The notes under the pieces were generated by a model. The model saw nothing but the letters and a program-made list of their open reading frames with translations. It searched no databases and was not told the origin of the DNA. Source: Podospora anserina (Eukaryota). From it: 64,000 nt of DNA. Below are positions 22,685 through 34,843 of this stretch, in pieces. Made by a program: the position numbers and the translations under genes. Each line of letters starts with the position of its first letter. Position 1 is the first letter of the stretch. Where the stretch lies: assembly GCA_017654855.1 (NCBI GenBank), contig CM030336.1, positions 4,464,001 through 4,528,000 on the forward strand. The letters are read 5' to 3'.

Positions 22685-23723
22685 TCAGACCCTGGTTTGA
22701 CCATGTAACCTCCATTGCAACTTCACCACCGGTACCAGCGCCTCCGGGTTCACATCATCACAAAGCCTGATCCAGTTCTCCCTTCTTTGTTGAAACATGA
22801 CGGGTGGAGGCGTGGCAGGAGGCAGATGCACAACGCCAACAGATCCGTTACCTAGCCAGTGTATAAGTCAACAACCCATTCATAGCAGAATCCTGGCTTG
22901 ACGAACCGGCTTGGCTTGCCAAAGCCCTCCTCGTTTCCTGATCAAACCATGTTGAACTGGTTTGTGCCATTGACGAAACCCTCTCACGCCACTCATTCAC
23001 AGAGTCAACCACCAGACACCCAACTTCCACGCCATCATCCGACCGGTTGGCAAAGCTGAGAGATAGTGCTCGCCATATCGCGTGACCACGCTGCAGCTGG
23101 GAGGTGCCCAGGAACTTATCCGGGCGGGAATAGGCAATATCTCCTGGCTCGGCGAAAGGCCCCCAGAGCCCAGTCGACAGGGTCTCATCCCGGGTCAGGT
23201 GCAAGTCACTCTCCATGACGACCACCTGCAAGCATCGGGTCTGGGCGGCTTCTTTGAGCTGTCTCCAAAGCTCATGGGGCGTGCGGTCGTCAGGGCAGTC
23301 CTCCCATATTTTCCAGTCGGAGAGGAGGCGGTGATGGAAACTTATAGTGATGCCCGAAGAGAAGAGCCATTCGAGTAAAGCTTTGGCATCTAAAGATAAG
23401 GCGTTGTCTTCGTAGGAATCAGGTGGCTGGATGTAGAGGGTATCGGTGCTGTGATTGAGCCACTGAATGGGGTTGAAAGCGTGGCTGAGGGCGGGTTCGA
23501 CGGGTTTTCGATGGAAAACAGCTTCATGCAAGGCGTCGTAGCACACTCTGGCGATGGGTTGGGTGATATCGCGGAGAGGCCACAGGTTGACGTATGTCCA
23601 CCAGTGGTCCCTCCTGTAGCCAATCGATATAGTGCGCTGTCGAAAACAGTACCTCCAGATTTGGCAGCGTATCTCGGCAGGAAACTGCTGAAACTGGGGG
23701 AAAGTGGTGGTGTTGGAGGTCAT
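22685..23723 (-). CDS. 2EXR domain protein, 2 exons (intron 22852-22906)
   Basis: TTFPQFQQFPAEIRCQIW, PIARVCYDA and WLNHSTDTLY. A GTTCGT...TTGAC...TAG intron extends the ORF to ...EALVPVVKLQWRLHGQTRV*. Confidence 0.8.
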
Positions 23724-24495
23724 CCCGACGTTTGGAGATGCAGGGAGGAATTGTCTCCCCACCAGGCAGCAAACCCGCCAGACGACGTTGGATATTTATT
23801 TAACCTCAAAGTTCAGGCTGACGAACCGGGAAGACCAATGCCCCGCCTGCTGAGCCCCCCAACTTGGAGCTACCCTAACCCTAAGCCAAGCCGACCGTAT
23901 TTTTGCTCAAGCCAAGCCCTAGGGTTTTCTTTTGAGGCTTTTTCAAGCACTAAAAAAGTGGTGATACCTGGGTTTTTGGTGGTGAGGGTGCTTCCCGAAC
24001 CTAGCTTAGGGGGTCCCCGGCTAACCCGGCTACCTAGGGCACCTGGGTGGGTGAGGGTTCTGGCCCGACACTGATGAGTACTGGGTAGGTATTTATACTA
24101 AAAATACCGTGGCTGGAACAGCTATGGAAGGCTTATCAACTAGTTAAATCAGATGAGCCGGGATAGCTTCAAGCTAAGCCGAAGGTTCCCTCCTCCGAAT
24201 TTTGTTGAGGGAGAAGGCATGGAAACATAGTCGATGACCAGTTTCTATCCACCTCGACTGCTGCCACCCAAAGGCTGTGTGCAAACTCTCCTCTTCGAAA
24301 ACTCTGATATTAGCTTTTGGGTTTGGTGCAGTGAGCAGGGCCACTGTTGAAGCGTATCTTGTGGTTTTTTTTTTCTTTGACTCAAATCAAATTACTATTA
24401 AAACCCCTTTACCAGCGGATTGCTCCTGGTTTTCTTTGCTTTCTCTTCCTCCCACAAGTTGGTATTTTGCTCTCGCCCTTTGTTTGTTCGTCGAC

Positions 24496-26050
24496 ATGAG
24501 AAGCACTACCACAACACCTTCTATCAGCGACGACTGGTCAGACATTGATGCTGACAGCGATGATAGCTATTCCATGGTTGAAGCCCCCTCCGACTCGGGC
24601 TTCAACTCTGGTGCTGGCACCGGCCTGGCACCGGCAACCACGACGGTACCTACACCCACCAACCTACCTGCCCCAGGCCCTTTCAACGGCTCTCACATCA
24701 CTGCCGGCCCTGGCACCGGCCCTGATAACGAAGAGATATCGACAATCCCTGACACAGAAGAGGCTGATGATGCTCAGTTTCTCTCCGAGACAGTGACGGA
24801 CGACACCATCGAAGCCTCCTCAGAGGCACATGGGGAGGACGCTTCGGCATCTGAGTCCGAGGAGGAGGAGGAGGAGGCTCGGGCGCAGCTTCTGTCGTAC
24901 CCTTTCCACGGGGACAAGGCAAGAGGTATATCTTCACAACTTCTGGACTGCAGGCAGGCCATGTTACAAATTAGGGACCACCCGGCCGTGCACAGCAGGG
25001 TTCATGGTGTAATCTTGGGTGCCTTGAACCACGTCCTTGAGTCTACGTGCGGCCCTGGACCGCACTTGAACAAATTCATTGCGGGATCGCATGACTACCA
25101 TGCGTTCCTGGTTCGTGACACCTCGGGATATTCGATTGAACACAGCCCATGTTTGCACGAACCAATCGTGGCGGCATGCCTGGAATTGAGAAACAAGTTG
25201 GATGGACCAGATGGTCCTCAGGACATCGTTGGAGCAGTTGGATCGCTGGGTGATTTGTTGATGACATGGACAAAGTAAGCACATCGTCTTGCCGGGTGTG
25301 TGGCACACATCGCATCTTACTGACTCTTTCAGAAAATTGTCGCACGTTAGCGAAGCACCGTTTCGGAGCGTCTACCTCTGGGCCACTTTGATGGACCTGC
25401 GACCCGTCATCTACACCACGGCCCAGCACCTTCTGGCCATCCGTGAGACCATCAACACAAGCTTGGCGAGAATGGAAGGCGGCGCCCCCGATATCTGCTT
25501 GAATGGTATGCGCAACATCAATCATTTCTGCGTCTTTGGCATCTCGTCCTGCGATCGTCTCCTCCGGGCGATCGCCAGGCGACTAATGCCGGATAAGCAT
25601 TTGTGGCGGTCGGGAGGGCAGTCGAGAGGGCTGAGGAGGAGCATGAGCGAGAAGGAAGCAGTTGAATTCAGCCAGTACTACGCTGGTCTGGACGTTACAA
25701 AGCTGGCCCATTTTCGGACCGATATCAGGCTTCTCGAGACCAAGCTTGATCGTTCAACCAGGTACACGGCTGCTGGGGCAGAGTGGCGAGACGTTGTTGT
25801 GTGCAATGACCAGGTGGGAGAAGACAACTGGGCACGGCCAGCAAGCCTCTGGCTGGCTCTCTTCCAGGAGAACACCTGGGCACGGCAAGCAAGCCCCTGG
25901 CTGGCTCTCTCCCAGGAGAGAGAGAAGAAGGCATGGCGGAGCTTCTACCTGAACTTGGCTGCGACGGTGAATCTGGGAGAGCTTAGTAGGGCCTTCAGTG
26001 CGATTCCACGGCTGACCAGCTGCCTGGAAGCATACCGACGTAGTGTCTGA
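24496..26050 (+). CDS. Orphan protein with acidic N-terminus, 2 exons (intron 25275-25332)
   Basis: A GTAAGC...CTGAC...CAG intron joins the two long ORFs in frame. No recognisable domain. Confidence 0.7.
25828..25919 (+). repeat. 48-bp in-frame tandem duplication
   Basis: ctgggcacggccagcaagcctctggctggctctcttccaggagaacac followed by ctgggcacggcaagcaagcccctggctggctctctcccaggaga, encoding WARPASLWLALFQE and WARQASPWLALSQE. Confidence 0.9.
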
Positions 26051-26323
26051 GTTTGAAATTTGGAATGGAGATTAAGGTAGTGCAGGTAGTTTTACAATAA
26101 GAGAAAAAAAGAAAAAAAAGAAGCACTGGCTGCGAGTTTGAAACACCGTGTGTTTGGTACACACTCACACAGTGTGGCACTGCACTGTGGTGAAATCAGA
26201 AATCACGGATTGGTCGGGCACCTCTCCGTCATCATTGCGGGCAACTACCTTACCTACTGCTGGCCACCACATCACGCCTGGAAAAATCTGGGACAGGCCG
26301 CATGAGACAAAGACCTGGCCAGC

Positions 26324-27823
26324 ATGGGCGGCTTTAAAAGACTTCAGCCCATCATTCTGGATGGTTTCTCCCACGGCATTCAGATCGGCCAGCCTTTCGA
26401 CACGTCATGGGGCGCTGCCTGGTTGACAAGCGTCTACACCGACATAGACCACGACCTGTTCCGAAACATGGACCCAATAGCCTTTCGCAGGATAAGATAT
26501 GGGAACAATGTTGCTGTTCTCTTTGGCGCGTTGGTGGAATGCGCCGAGTTCTACGAGCTTCCCTCGTTCTGGCATGTCATCTCTCAAGGCTTCAGCGCCA
26601 ACGCAGACGCAGTGAAGTCGATAGTAACAGTCCTCGTCGCCGCCCGCAAGGCTGTCAAGGACAGATACCCAACCAGTGCCTCATCCCAAACAGCAAGGTC
26701 GGCCGACGAGTGGATCGACATTTTGGATCACCGAGGACGGAACACTTCGCTTTTCCAGTTTGCGCCTAGCAAGGAAGCAGACCTTCGAGCTCGCGCTGCT
26801 GCCTTTTTCAAGTCCCAGCAGAAACAATGGCTGAATGCAGCTTGGGTCCCTCTGAAGGACCAGCCTATTTCAACACAGTCCCAGCTCTCGAGCAAGAGCT
26901 CAAGGAACGACCGACCAGCTTCGCCTGGCAACCAATCTGCCTATCGAGCTGGCAGCACTAGTCGGTATAATCCACGCAAGCGGTCTGCCTCGCCGCCACC
27001 TGAACGCAGCTCAAAACAAGCCAGGATGACGTCGACTTCAGCCACCAACCATACAATTCCAGTCGAAGCCCAGACCAAAGTCCCTCTTCCAGAGTCGACA
27101 AACACGCCACAGGCATCCCAGCACCTGGTAGGCATCAAACTACCCTCTGCTCCAGGCGGAGAACCCTCGCCGAGATCCTCCTGGCTGCTCAAAGCCGGCA
27201 GCCACATCCCCAGCAGATCCCCATCAATCGCAGACCTTGTCCCGCTCTCAGACTCGTCCGAACACGAAGGGGTGGTCAAACTCCGCAATCAGATTTCCAT
27301 CCTGGAGGCAGAGCTCGCCAACGCCAAAGCCGAACGCCCACCCCCCTCAAAACCTAATGACTTTGACCCCCAAGAGTTGAAGAGCACGCTTTCGACTATC
27401 ACGAATGCGGTTTCGACGCTGATGGAATCATCTCATCACATTGTGGACGGGTTGCAGAGTCTGCAGAATGATATCCTTTCCCGGCCGCAGCCACAAGCAC
27501 AGCAGCTTTTGACGCCTGATCCGCCGGCGTTTGAGGCGAAACTGGATGCTCAGCATGATTTGCTGCTTGCGCTGACGAAGCAGATGGCGGCGGGGAAGGA
27601 GGAGCCGGAGACGGTGGAGGAGGCGCTCGGGTTGGTGGAGAGGGATGTTAGGGGGCATCGGGAGAGGTTGTTGAGGTTGTATCACAAGATGGATATGGAT
27701 GGGGGGGAGGAAGGGGGGAAGGTTGATTGGGTTGCGGGGATATTGGCGGGGATGGAGGATTTGGAACGGAGGATAGGGGAGGGGGTACCAAGGGGGTGGT
27801 TGAGTAAGGGAAAAGGAACGTGA
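26324..27823 (+). CDS. Orphan protein (499 aa): helical N-domain, S/P-rich linker, coiled-coil C-terminus
   Basis: Long intronless ORF with gene-like codon usage and a G-rich 3' end like neighbouring genes. Confidence 0.7.
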   Translation: MGGFKRLQPIILDGFSHGIQIGQPFDTSWGAAWLTSVYTDIDHDLFRNMDPIAFRRIRYGNNVAVLFGALVECAEFYELPSFWHVISQGFSANADAVKSIVTVLVAARKAVKDRYPTSASSQTARSADEWIDILDHRGRNTSLFQFAPSKEADLRARAAAFFKSQQKQWLNAAWVPLKDQPISTQSQLSSKSSRNDRPASPGNQSAYRAGSTSRYNPRKRSASPPPERSSKQARMTSTSATNHTIPVEAQTKVPLPESTNTPQASQHLVGIKLPSAPGGEPSPRSSWLLKAGSHIPSRSPSIADLVPLSDSSEHEGVVKLRNQISILEAELANAKAERPPPSKPNDFDPQELKSTLSTITNAVSTLMESSHHIVDGLQSLQNDILSRPQPQAQQLLTPDPPAFEAKLDAQHDLLLALTKQMAAGKEEPETVEEALGLVERDVRGHRERLLRLYHKMDMDGGEEGGKVDWVAGILAGMEDLERRIGEGVPRGWLSKGKGT

Positions 27824-28825
27824 GATGAGTTTATGGAGGAAATGGGCGCGGTTAAATATATTTACCTAGGTATTTTTATGCTTAGGTGGGGGAAAATGGT
27901 GTCGGGCGATCTTGTATGGTCAATCTTTGAGGAGGTGAATGGCGATTCTTTGGGCATGATATATGTGTTATGGTATGGTGTGAATTGACAAAGTGCTACA
28001 CAGGCACAGGAATAAAACTACCATGGCCATGCAGGCCCAGAATATAACCACCAGGGAGCAACGAGAATGGTGGCCCCACATATCCCCAGGCACAGTATAT
28101 ACTGTGACAATATGGGAATGTGAAAGATGATATATGCGCCTGCTTGTCAACAGAGCTCAGACGACGTTACTTCCCCCTAATCTCTTCCCCGCCCCCACAA
28201 CCTTCTTGTTCGTCTTGCCATGCGCCCCTTGGCAAGCACAGCCTCAATGCCGTGGTCGCAACCATCAAATGTCCAGCGGTGATCCAGGTTCTTTGTGTGA
28301 CCTGCGCCTTTGAATTCCAGGGCGAAGAGGTGGTATCACGATATGGCACTGGTGAAGGCTAGCTCGGTCACCGGTGCTAACTAGTGTGCACTAGGCTCAT
28401 ACACAAAAGATGTAAAGCCAAAACCCGCTTGGAATCCGGAACACCGTCCTCAGCTGTTCAGCGCCGGCTGTCATGAGAATGGAACTCGCTTCTCCGAACA
28501 AGCACGACCGAGGGTAACAGCTAAAGTTCCGAATGTCGTTCACTCTAGGTGCCTACATTATCCAGGAATAAAAACGGAAATCAAGCAGGAATACCCCAAC
28601 TCTCATCCCTCAAGCCCCCCCAAACAGTAGCCAGAAGAAGCCTGTAGTATCCAATCAAAGCTCCAGTTAATACCGCTGTGTTTGTCCAGCTTTTGGCAAC
28701 CCAGCAAATGCAAGACACCCATTCCATCATAACCATGATTCATTGCAATGTCCTTTCATCTCGTCATAACACACACCCCTTGGTGGCAGCCTTGACTAGT
28801 GCTGAAACTCTTATCATCATCCAGA

Positions 28826-30079
28826 TCAGAGAGTGTACCACCTCAGGTTCTGTCTCATCATGGATGGCTCGGCATTGCCATCCGTGACACTGCTGCCTTC
28901 CTCGCTGATCTTGGAAAGGGGCCTAGTGTCACCCGAGTCAAAGGCGGTGTTGATGGTGTGGACAAAACCAGTGTTTGACAAAGTAGGGGTGGGGATGGTG
29001 GTTGTGATAACCAAGGGCTCCCCAGGCTTGGGTAGTTTGGAGCAAGGGTTGGCTAGAGAGTGGGGGGGTGGATTGTTCGATTGACCTGGCCGTTGCCTCT
29101 GCGGCCATGGAGGCGGCGGTGTAAAACTGAAGGACCGGTGGCGGTGATGACATCCTTATCGTCGAGAGTAACCTTCTTCACAGTGTTATGGTTGGTGATG
29201 GGTGGCTTTGTCGGGTCAGTCTCAACATCAAGCCTCGGCCTTCCCCTCGGCTGATCAGTCCACGAGGAGCCATCCCCAGTGCGAGCGCTACCGGGAGCTC
29301 CAAGAGTTCCCAAAGGAGAAGGGTTCACAAGGGAGACCGGCGGTGGTGGCGTAGGCTTCTCCATGATGGTAGCATCAGTAGAAGATGACTTTTTCTCCCG
29401 GCTCGCACCACCATCATCCATTTTGTCCTCGTCATTATTTTTTTTCTTCTTTGACCTCTTCTTGCCTAGCAGGAGCTGCATCGGCTTCCTTCTGGCCATC
29501 AGGGATGGCAACTCGCGGGGCACCACACCTCGTGTAGATGTCGATGCAGGTAATGCCGAGAATCATGGCTGGCATGAACGCCACGATGGCCCAGATGACA
29601 AATGCGTGACCGGTATTTTTATCGGTGTACCAGATCCTTTTTTTCTTTCGCAGCCTGAAGCGGATCCTTATTAGCGAGTGCACATGGACGGATAGATTGA
29701 AACCGGAGAACTTGAACAATACCATAACAGGCGGATGGGGGTTTTCAACCACGGTAGTACCCGAGGGGTCAGGGGTCAAGGGAATGATGGACGACGCGGT
29801 CAGCGTTGAGACGATGAGTGTCGAGGTAACCGACGTGGATGTCGGGATCAGCATAGGATGGGTCGGGGACGGGAGTGCCACCCGGAGGCGGGGAGTAGCG
29901 GGTGAGAGGGGTACTGAACGAGAGATGGCATCGTCAATCTCGTCGGGAGTCCGTGGCATGGGCTCCATCACCACACGATAGTCAGCTTCATAGTACGGGT
30001 GCGGGTAGTTCTGGAGTTGACGACGCTGGTGGAGGCGGCCTCGCACCGGCTCCTTGTGCTCAGAAAAGGGAAGACGCAT
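28826..30079 (-). pseudogene. Orphan membrane-protein gene broken by two homopolymer frameshifts (or assembly errors)
   Basis: ORFs 29435-30118, 29053-29526 and 28826-29014 join into one reading frame if the T8 run at 29438-29445 loses one base and the G7 run at 29062-29068 gains one. It contains a TM segment AFVIWAIVAFMPAMILGITCI. Confidence 0.55.
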
Positions 30080-30979
30080 CTTTTCGGCTTGTCTGTATCT
30101 TTGGGATTGTAAGATCAACGGGGAAAGAGGGCAAGAAAGCTGTCAACGAAACAATGAGGAGAGAATGAGAGCCGGGTGAGCGGACAGGACAGGACGGAGC
30201 CTTGAAGCAACTACGAGGTTTTCTAAATGGCATCGTTTTCGGTTGGATTTGTTTGTGGCCTCGTGGGAGGGATGCCGCAACCCTAAAAGGGGAGATATTG
30301 AGAGTGTTGAGGATTTTTGAGGGCCGTGTGCGTTCATGATATGGTCGGCAAGCCATGTGTGTGGTTAACTAAGGTAACCGATGATAAGCTCGCCTCGCAG
30401 AGAAAGTAAAATTCTTAAAAAAAAAAAAGGGGAAGAAACCAAATACCTGTTTCGGACTTGAACTTGAAGCCTTTCCCAAGGAAAAAAGATGTCTGTCTAG
30501 GCATCCACGGTCCCCAAATCATAATTGGCTAGAACACCAAAACCACGTGTCCGAAGACATTTGGGACTGTCGGAATTCGTTCCTATAAACCACGTTTAGG
30601 GTGGTAGACGGCAGGTAAGGCCTGTAGTGGGGGATTCGCACAGGTGGCAGGACAACACCCTCAACTGATGGACATTTTTGCCGCGAATTGAACGGCGGCT
30701 GGTGGCAGTACAAAGTGTTAGTTATAATAGAGGCACCAGCGCCGAGTCTCGGTTGGTTTTGTGCCATTATGATATCAGGTACTTGGGATAGACGTAAAGG
30801 ACGTTTTCTGTTTCATCCAATCACACACAGCCAGGCACGCATACGTCATCCAAGCCCAACAGAACAGGGCCCACCTGCGATAGACACACCAACACAAATT
30901 CATTATGGATTATTTCTTATCCATGAAAATAAACACCATACTTGTGTTATGGAGCGGTTGACAATTGCACAACCAAATC

Positions 30980-32593
30980 ATGATCAGCCACTCGCTTACC
31001 AACCTCATTTTCATCCGCATCTGCATTTTTCTCCTTGAATATGCTCTCTTCATCGAGCTCTCACTTCTCATTCTCACTTCACTCTTTTTCGGGCCTCAAC
31101 CAACATCGGGCTCCCCCACAGCAATAGCCCTCAAACTATTCATCCTCACCCTCTGCATCCTCGAGATATCCTCCCTCCTCTTCCTCTATCTCCCCCACAA
31201 AGAACGCCTGCTCAAAAGCAAGGCCATCTACCCCTCCCCACCACTTACCCGCTCTCAACGTCAAGCGCTCTTCCAACAATGCACCGCCAACGTCCCCGAC
31301 TGGCACCGTTACCTCCAACTCTGGTTCCTCAACGCCCCCCTCACTGAGATAAAACGCGACAACATCCGTGACTTCATCCTCTGGGGCTTCTTCGACACCG
31401 ACTCAACCGCCCCTCTCACCCCTGAAATCGAACCCGAAATCGACAGCTACATCTCCCACATCGAGACCCTTTCCAATCGTAAATTCCCTCCCGGCCGCGG
31501 CAACTCCACCACCGCCCTCCGCCTTACCTTTGATCCGATCCAAACCCGCTACAGAAGTATCATCTGGTATCTCCTCGTCTGTGCCGTCGACGCCTTCACC
31601 CACCTCACCCTCTACCGAAACAACTTCTCCCACCACCGCCCCTATTTCCCTCCTCCCCAAACCACAGCAACTGTCGTCTCTCCCAAAATATTCCACTCCT
31701 TCCCACCCCCAGTCCTATCCCACCTCTTCCCCCACCGCCCCCCCTCCCCGGCAAACCACCTCTCTTACTACCTCCGCCCTCACCGATCCCCAACCCACAA
31801 ACCGGTAATCTTCCTCCACGGAATAGGCATAGGCCTCTACCCCTACCCACCCCTCCTCCTCTCCCTCCCCAAGGAAATCGGCATCCTCATCCTGGAAAAC
31901 CTCCCCTTTTCCTCCCGCTTAACATGCCCCCCATTGTCCAAAACCCTCTTCCTCCAAGAACTATCCTCCATCCTCTCCCACTTACCGCCCTGCTGGGAGG
32001 AATTCACCCTCGTAACCCACAGCTACGGCTCCGTCCTCGCAACCCACATCCTATCCGACACCACCCTCTCACCGCGCGTCACCAGCCTGGTGCTAATCGA
32101 CCCCGTGACCATCCTGCTCCACCTCCCAGATGTGGCCTACAACTTCACCCGCCGCCAACCCGCCAAAGCAAACGAATGGCAGCTGTGGTACTTTGCCAGC
32201 ACAGACCTCGGGGTAGGGGAGGGGCTGGGGCGGTATTTCTTCTGGAGGGAGAATATCCTCTGGAGGGAGGACTTGACGACCACGACGACCCAAAGGAGAA
32301 AAGTGGCGGTTGTGCTGAGCGGGAGGGATCTGATAGTTGATACCGGGACGGTGGCCAAGTACCTTGCTTGTGAAGAGGGGGATTGGACAAAGGAAAAGGA
32401 TCACAGGTGGACAACAACAACAGCAACAACTGACGTGCCAGCAAAAAAAACACACAAAACACGGGACGGGATAGAAATCATCTGGTTCCCCGAGCTAGAC
32501 CACGCGCAGGTTTTTGAACAGAAAAAAGACTATCAACTTGTTGCTGAGGTGGTGGAGAGTTATTCTGGTCACAAAAAGGAGGACGGAAAATAA
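30980..32593 (+). CDS. Membrane-anchored alpha/beta-hydrolase-fold protein
   Basis: N-terminal TM helices, IKRDNIRDFILWGFF, PVIFLHGIGIGL, nucleophile motif THSYG, LVLIDPV, DVAYNF, DLIV and LDHA. Confidence 0.85.
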   Translation: MISHSLTNLIFIRICIFLLEYALFIELSLLILTSLFFGPQPTSGSPTAIALKLFILTLCILEISSLLFLYLPHKERLLKSKAIYPSPPLTRSQRQALFQQCTANVPDWHRYLQLWFLNAPLTEIKRDNIRDFILWGFFDTDSTAPLTPEIEPEIDSYISHIETLSNRKFPPGRGNSTTALRLTFDPIQTRYRSIIWYLLVCAVDAFTHLTLYRNNFSHHRPYFPPPQTTATVVSPKIFHSFPPPVLSHLFPHRPPSPANHLSYYLRPHRSPTHKPVIFLHGIGIGLYPYPPLLLSLPKEIGILILENLPFSSRLTCPPLSKTLFLQELSSILSHLPPCWEEFTLVTHSYGSVLATHILSDTTLSPRVTSLVLIDPVTILLHLPDVAYNFTRRQPAKANEWQLWYFASTDLGVGEGLGRYFFWRENILWREDLTTTTTQRRKVAVVLSGRDLIVDTGTVAKYLACEEGDWTKEKDHRWTTTTATTDVPAKKTHKTRDGIEIIWFPELDHAQVFEQKKDYQLVAEVVESYSGHKKEDGK

Positions 32594-32682
32594 CATGGTA
32601 AATAGGTTAGATATTTCCTATATATGCGTAGATATTTTCCATTTATATGTCAATAAATAAATAAAAAACAAAAACACCCAAG

Positions 32683-33571
32683 TCATGACCTCCCCTCCTT
32701 CACCTCCGCTCCGCCCCAACTCCTCAAGTTAACCTCCACAGGCGCCGACCCGCTCCGCACCACCACCATCACCAAATCCTCCACCTCCGACTCGTTAACA
32801 GCCTGATGCTCGAGCCACGCAGGAATATACGCAAAGTCCCCCTTTCCGAGCACGTGGCGTTCGGGGTGCTGCTCGTCTTCGTCTTTTGGCTGGGCGAGGA
32901 GGACGCCCGTGCCGGATGTCACGTAGATGATTGTTTCTTTGAGGGTGAGGTATATCAGGGTCATGGATCATTGCATGGTACAACACTTTCTAGGATATGT
33001 ATCAAGTTGAAAAGGAAAGAAACAGAAAAAAAACGTACCTTGCTCTCCGTTGTGGTGTATTAAAGAGGATGATCGGGGCTTCACAATGAGGACTGGCAAA
33101 GCGGGATATTGGTTGGTAGCATGCTCATCAAGCTCAACAGCTAGCTAAATGGTGGTGGGTGTTGGGAAGGGATGGATGGATGGATGGCCTTCCCACCCTC
33201 AGCCAGCCAACCGGTGCTTTCCATGCGTGGGCAAACCACGGTAACCCACTGATCATGGGGGCCCGGGAACAAGTAGGGGACATCGGAACTTAAAACTCAC
33301 CTGTCGCGCACATGCTCTCCGCCTGCCCAACTATGGCGTCCCTGCTGATAACCCGCGGCCCTTCTGCCGCTGGCGCTGGAGTTGGTGCTGGAGTCGGCGC
33401 TGCTGCTGGTATCACCGTTTTCGGGGATACATCTGTCCGGTCATCGGCTTGTTGGTCACCTGATGTGTGGTGCTCCGAGGGGGGGAGTATATCGGCGGAT
33501 CTGGTCACAGATATGGATGCCGGCATGATCATGGGCAGGACCTCCTGGACGATTGGGATCAAGGACGCCAT
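32683..33571 (-). CDS. Cupin-domain protein, 3 exons (introns 33093-33300, 32937-33038)
   Basis: The spliced product gives cupin motif 1 IHHNGEQETIIYVTSGTG and motif 2 GDFAYIPAWLEHQAVN. Splice sites are canonical. Confidence 0.85.
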
Positions 33572-34843
33572 CGTGTGGAATAGTTCACGCGCGTCCGGGA
33601 TGTACATCCGTAGAGGTGTGGCTATGACAAAGTAGGAAGGCGACTATGACGGACAGGACTTGGCCTGCGAGGTTGGCAATGGCACATGAGATGCGATGCT
33701 GAATGGAGGTGGTGACTGTAACGGTGATGTTTTGAGAGTGGTTCCGTTTAAGATTTTATCGTCGTCGGGTTCTGCTGAGGGATGGGTGAGTTGGCACAGT
33801 TGACGGTTGGGTATCAGGGGTCGGCCCCGGTGGTCGCCAGTAGCCCAAAAGAATAATTCGCTGGTTTCTCGTCTTTAGATGCGGCCTGCTTTGAAGTCCA
33901 ACACTGAAAGTCACACAATGCGCATCGGATGGTAATTGGGAGTCGTCTTCTGCCACCTTCCGTGTTGGTGAGCTAGCTGTCAACTGGCCCGTCCAGATCG
34001 ATACCTGAGATCAGGAAACCTGCGGCGCAATCAGAATCGGGAGTGTTTGGTCCAATCGACAAAAGAGGGAGGACGTCGATGATGTCTTGATGATATTGGG
34101 TGAAGTAAATAACAAATGTGATTGAGTCGATGTCTGATGTTTCACTCTCATCCCGGAAGGTGAGGTGAGGATTGCGGTCAAGTCAGTGGAGCTGTGCTGT
34201 CCGTTGGGCTGCTTGATAAGGAAGGCGATAAGAAAGGTACTTCGTTGTATGTACAATTTGGGTGCAGTCTTGAAGTACCGCCTGTGACCCCACTCGAGCG
34301 TCACTGCCGGACCGGGGATGGCGGGCTTGAAGCTCCGACCGAGCAGCTCCGACCGAGCAGCCCCTGCCGTCGCCACTAGCTTCGGTACTCAGTCCGGTGT
34401 CATATACACCTGCCCTATCTGGACCGTGATGGGATCTGCACATGTGTCCCCTCCGCAATGGTGGCCGTCTTAATCACAGATCAGATACCCGAGCGCCGGT
34501 CCCGGGCAGCAGCTCGAACCCTGCCCCTCGTGGTTGTGTGACATGTGGGGGGAAGGAGGGGTTCCAGGGTGTGGTCGCGCGATATCTTGGGGATAAATGA
34601 CGAGGGTCATGTCGATGATGCAAAACCTCATGCTAGCTGCCCTGTCGCTTTGTCTCCAACTTTGCCTTCTGCATCTGGTGGTGCGGGGTAGCTCTCTCCC
34701 TCCCGATGTCTCCTGCCACCTCAGCTAAAAGTCCACCTGCCATTTTTTCTTGATAAAGACGGGGAAAGAGCACCTTGATGGCAGAGGTGGAGTGAACCCC
34801 GCCTTTTCCCCATCTTTGACATCTCGAGGAAACGCCGGCTGAA

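Noticed and set aside
26102-26323. Open frame upstream of the 26324 gene separated by a TGA at 26303 (possible A-to-I editable stop)
   Set aside because: No upstream in-frame ATG, and it runs into the A-rich 3' region of the previous gene.
28091-28106. Perfect 16-bp palindrome CACAGTATATACTGTG (and near-palindrome CTAGGTAGGTACCTGCCTAG at ~61637)
   Set aside because: Isolated short palindromes in intergenic DNA with no array or associated element.
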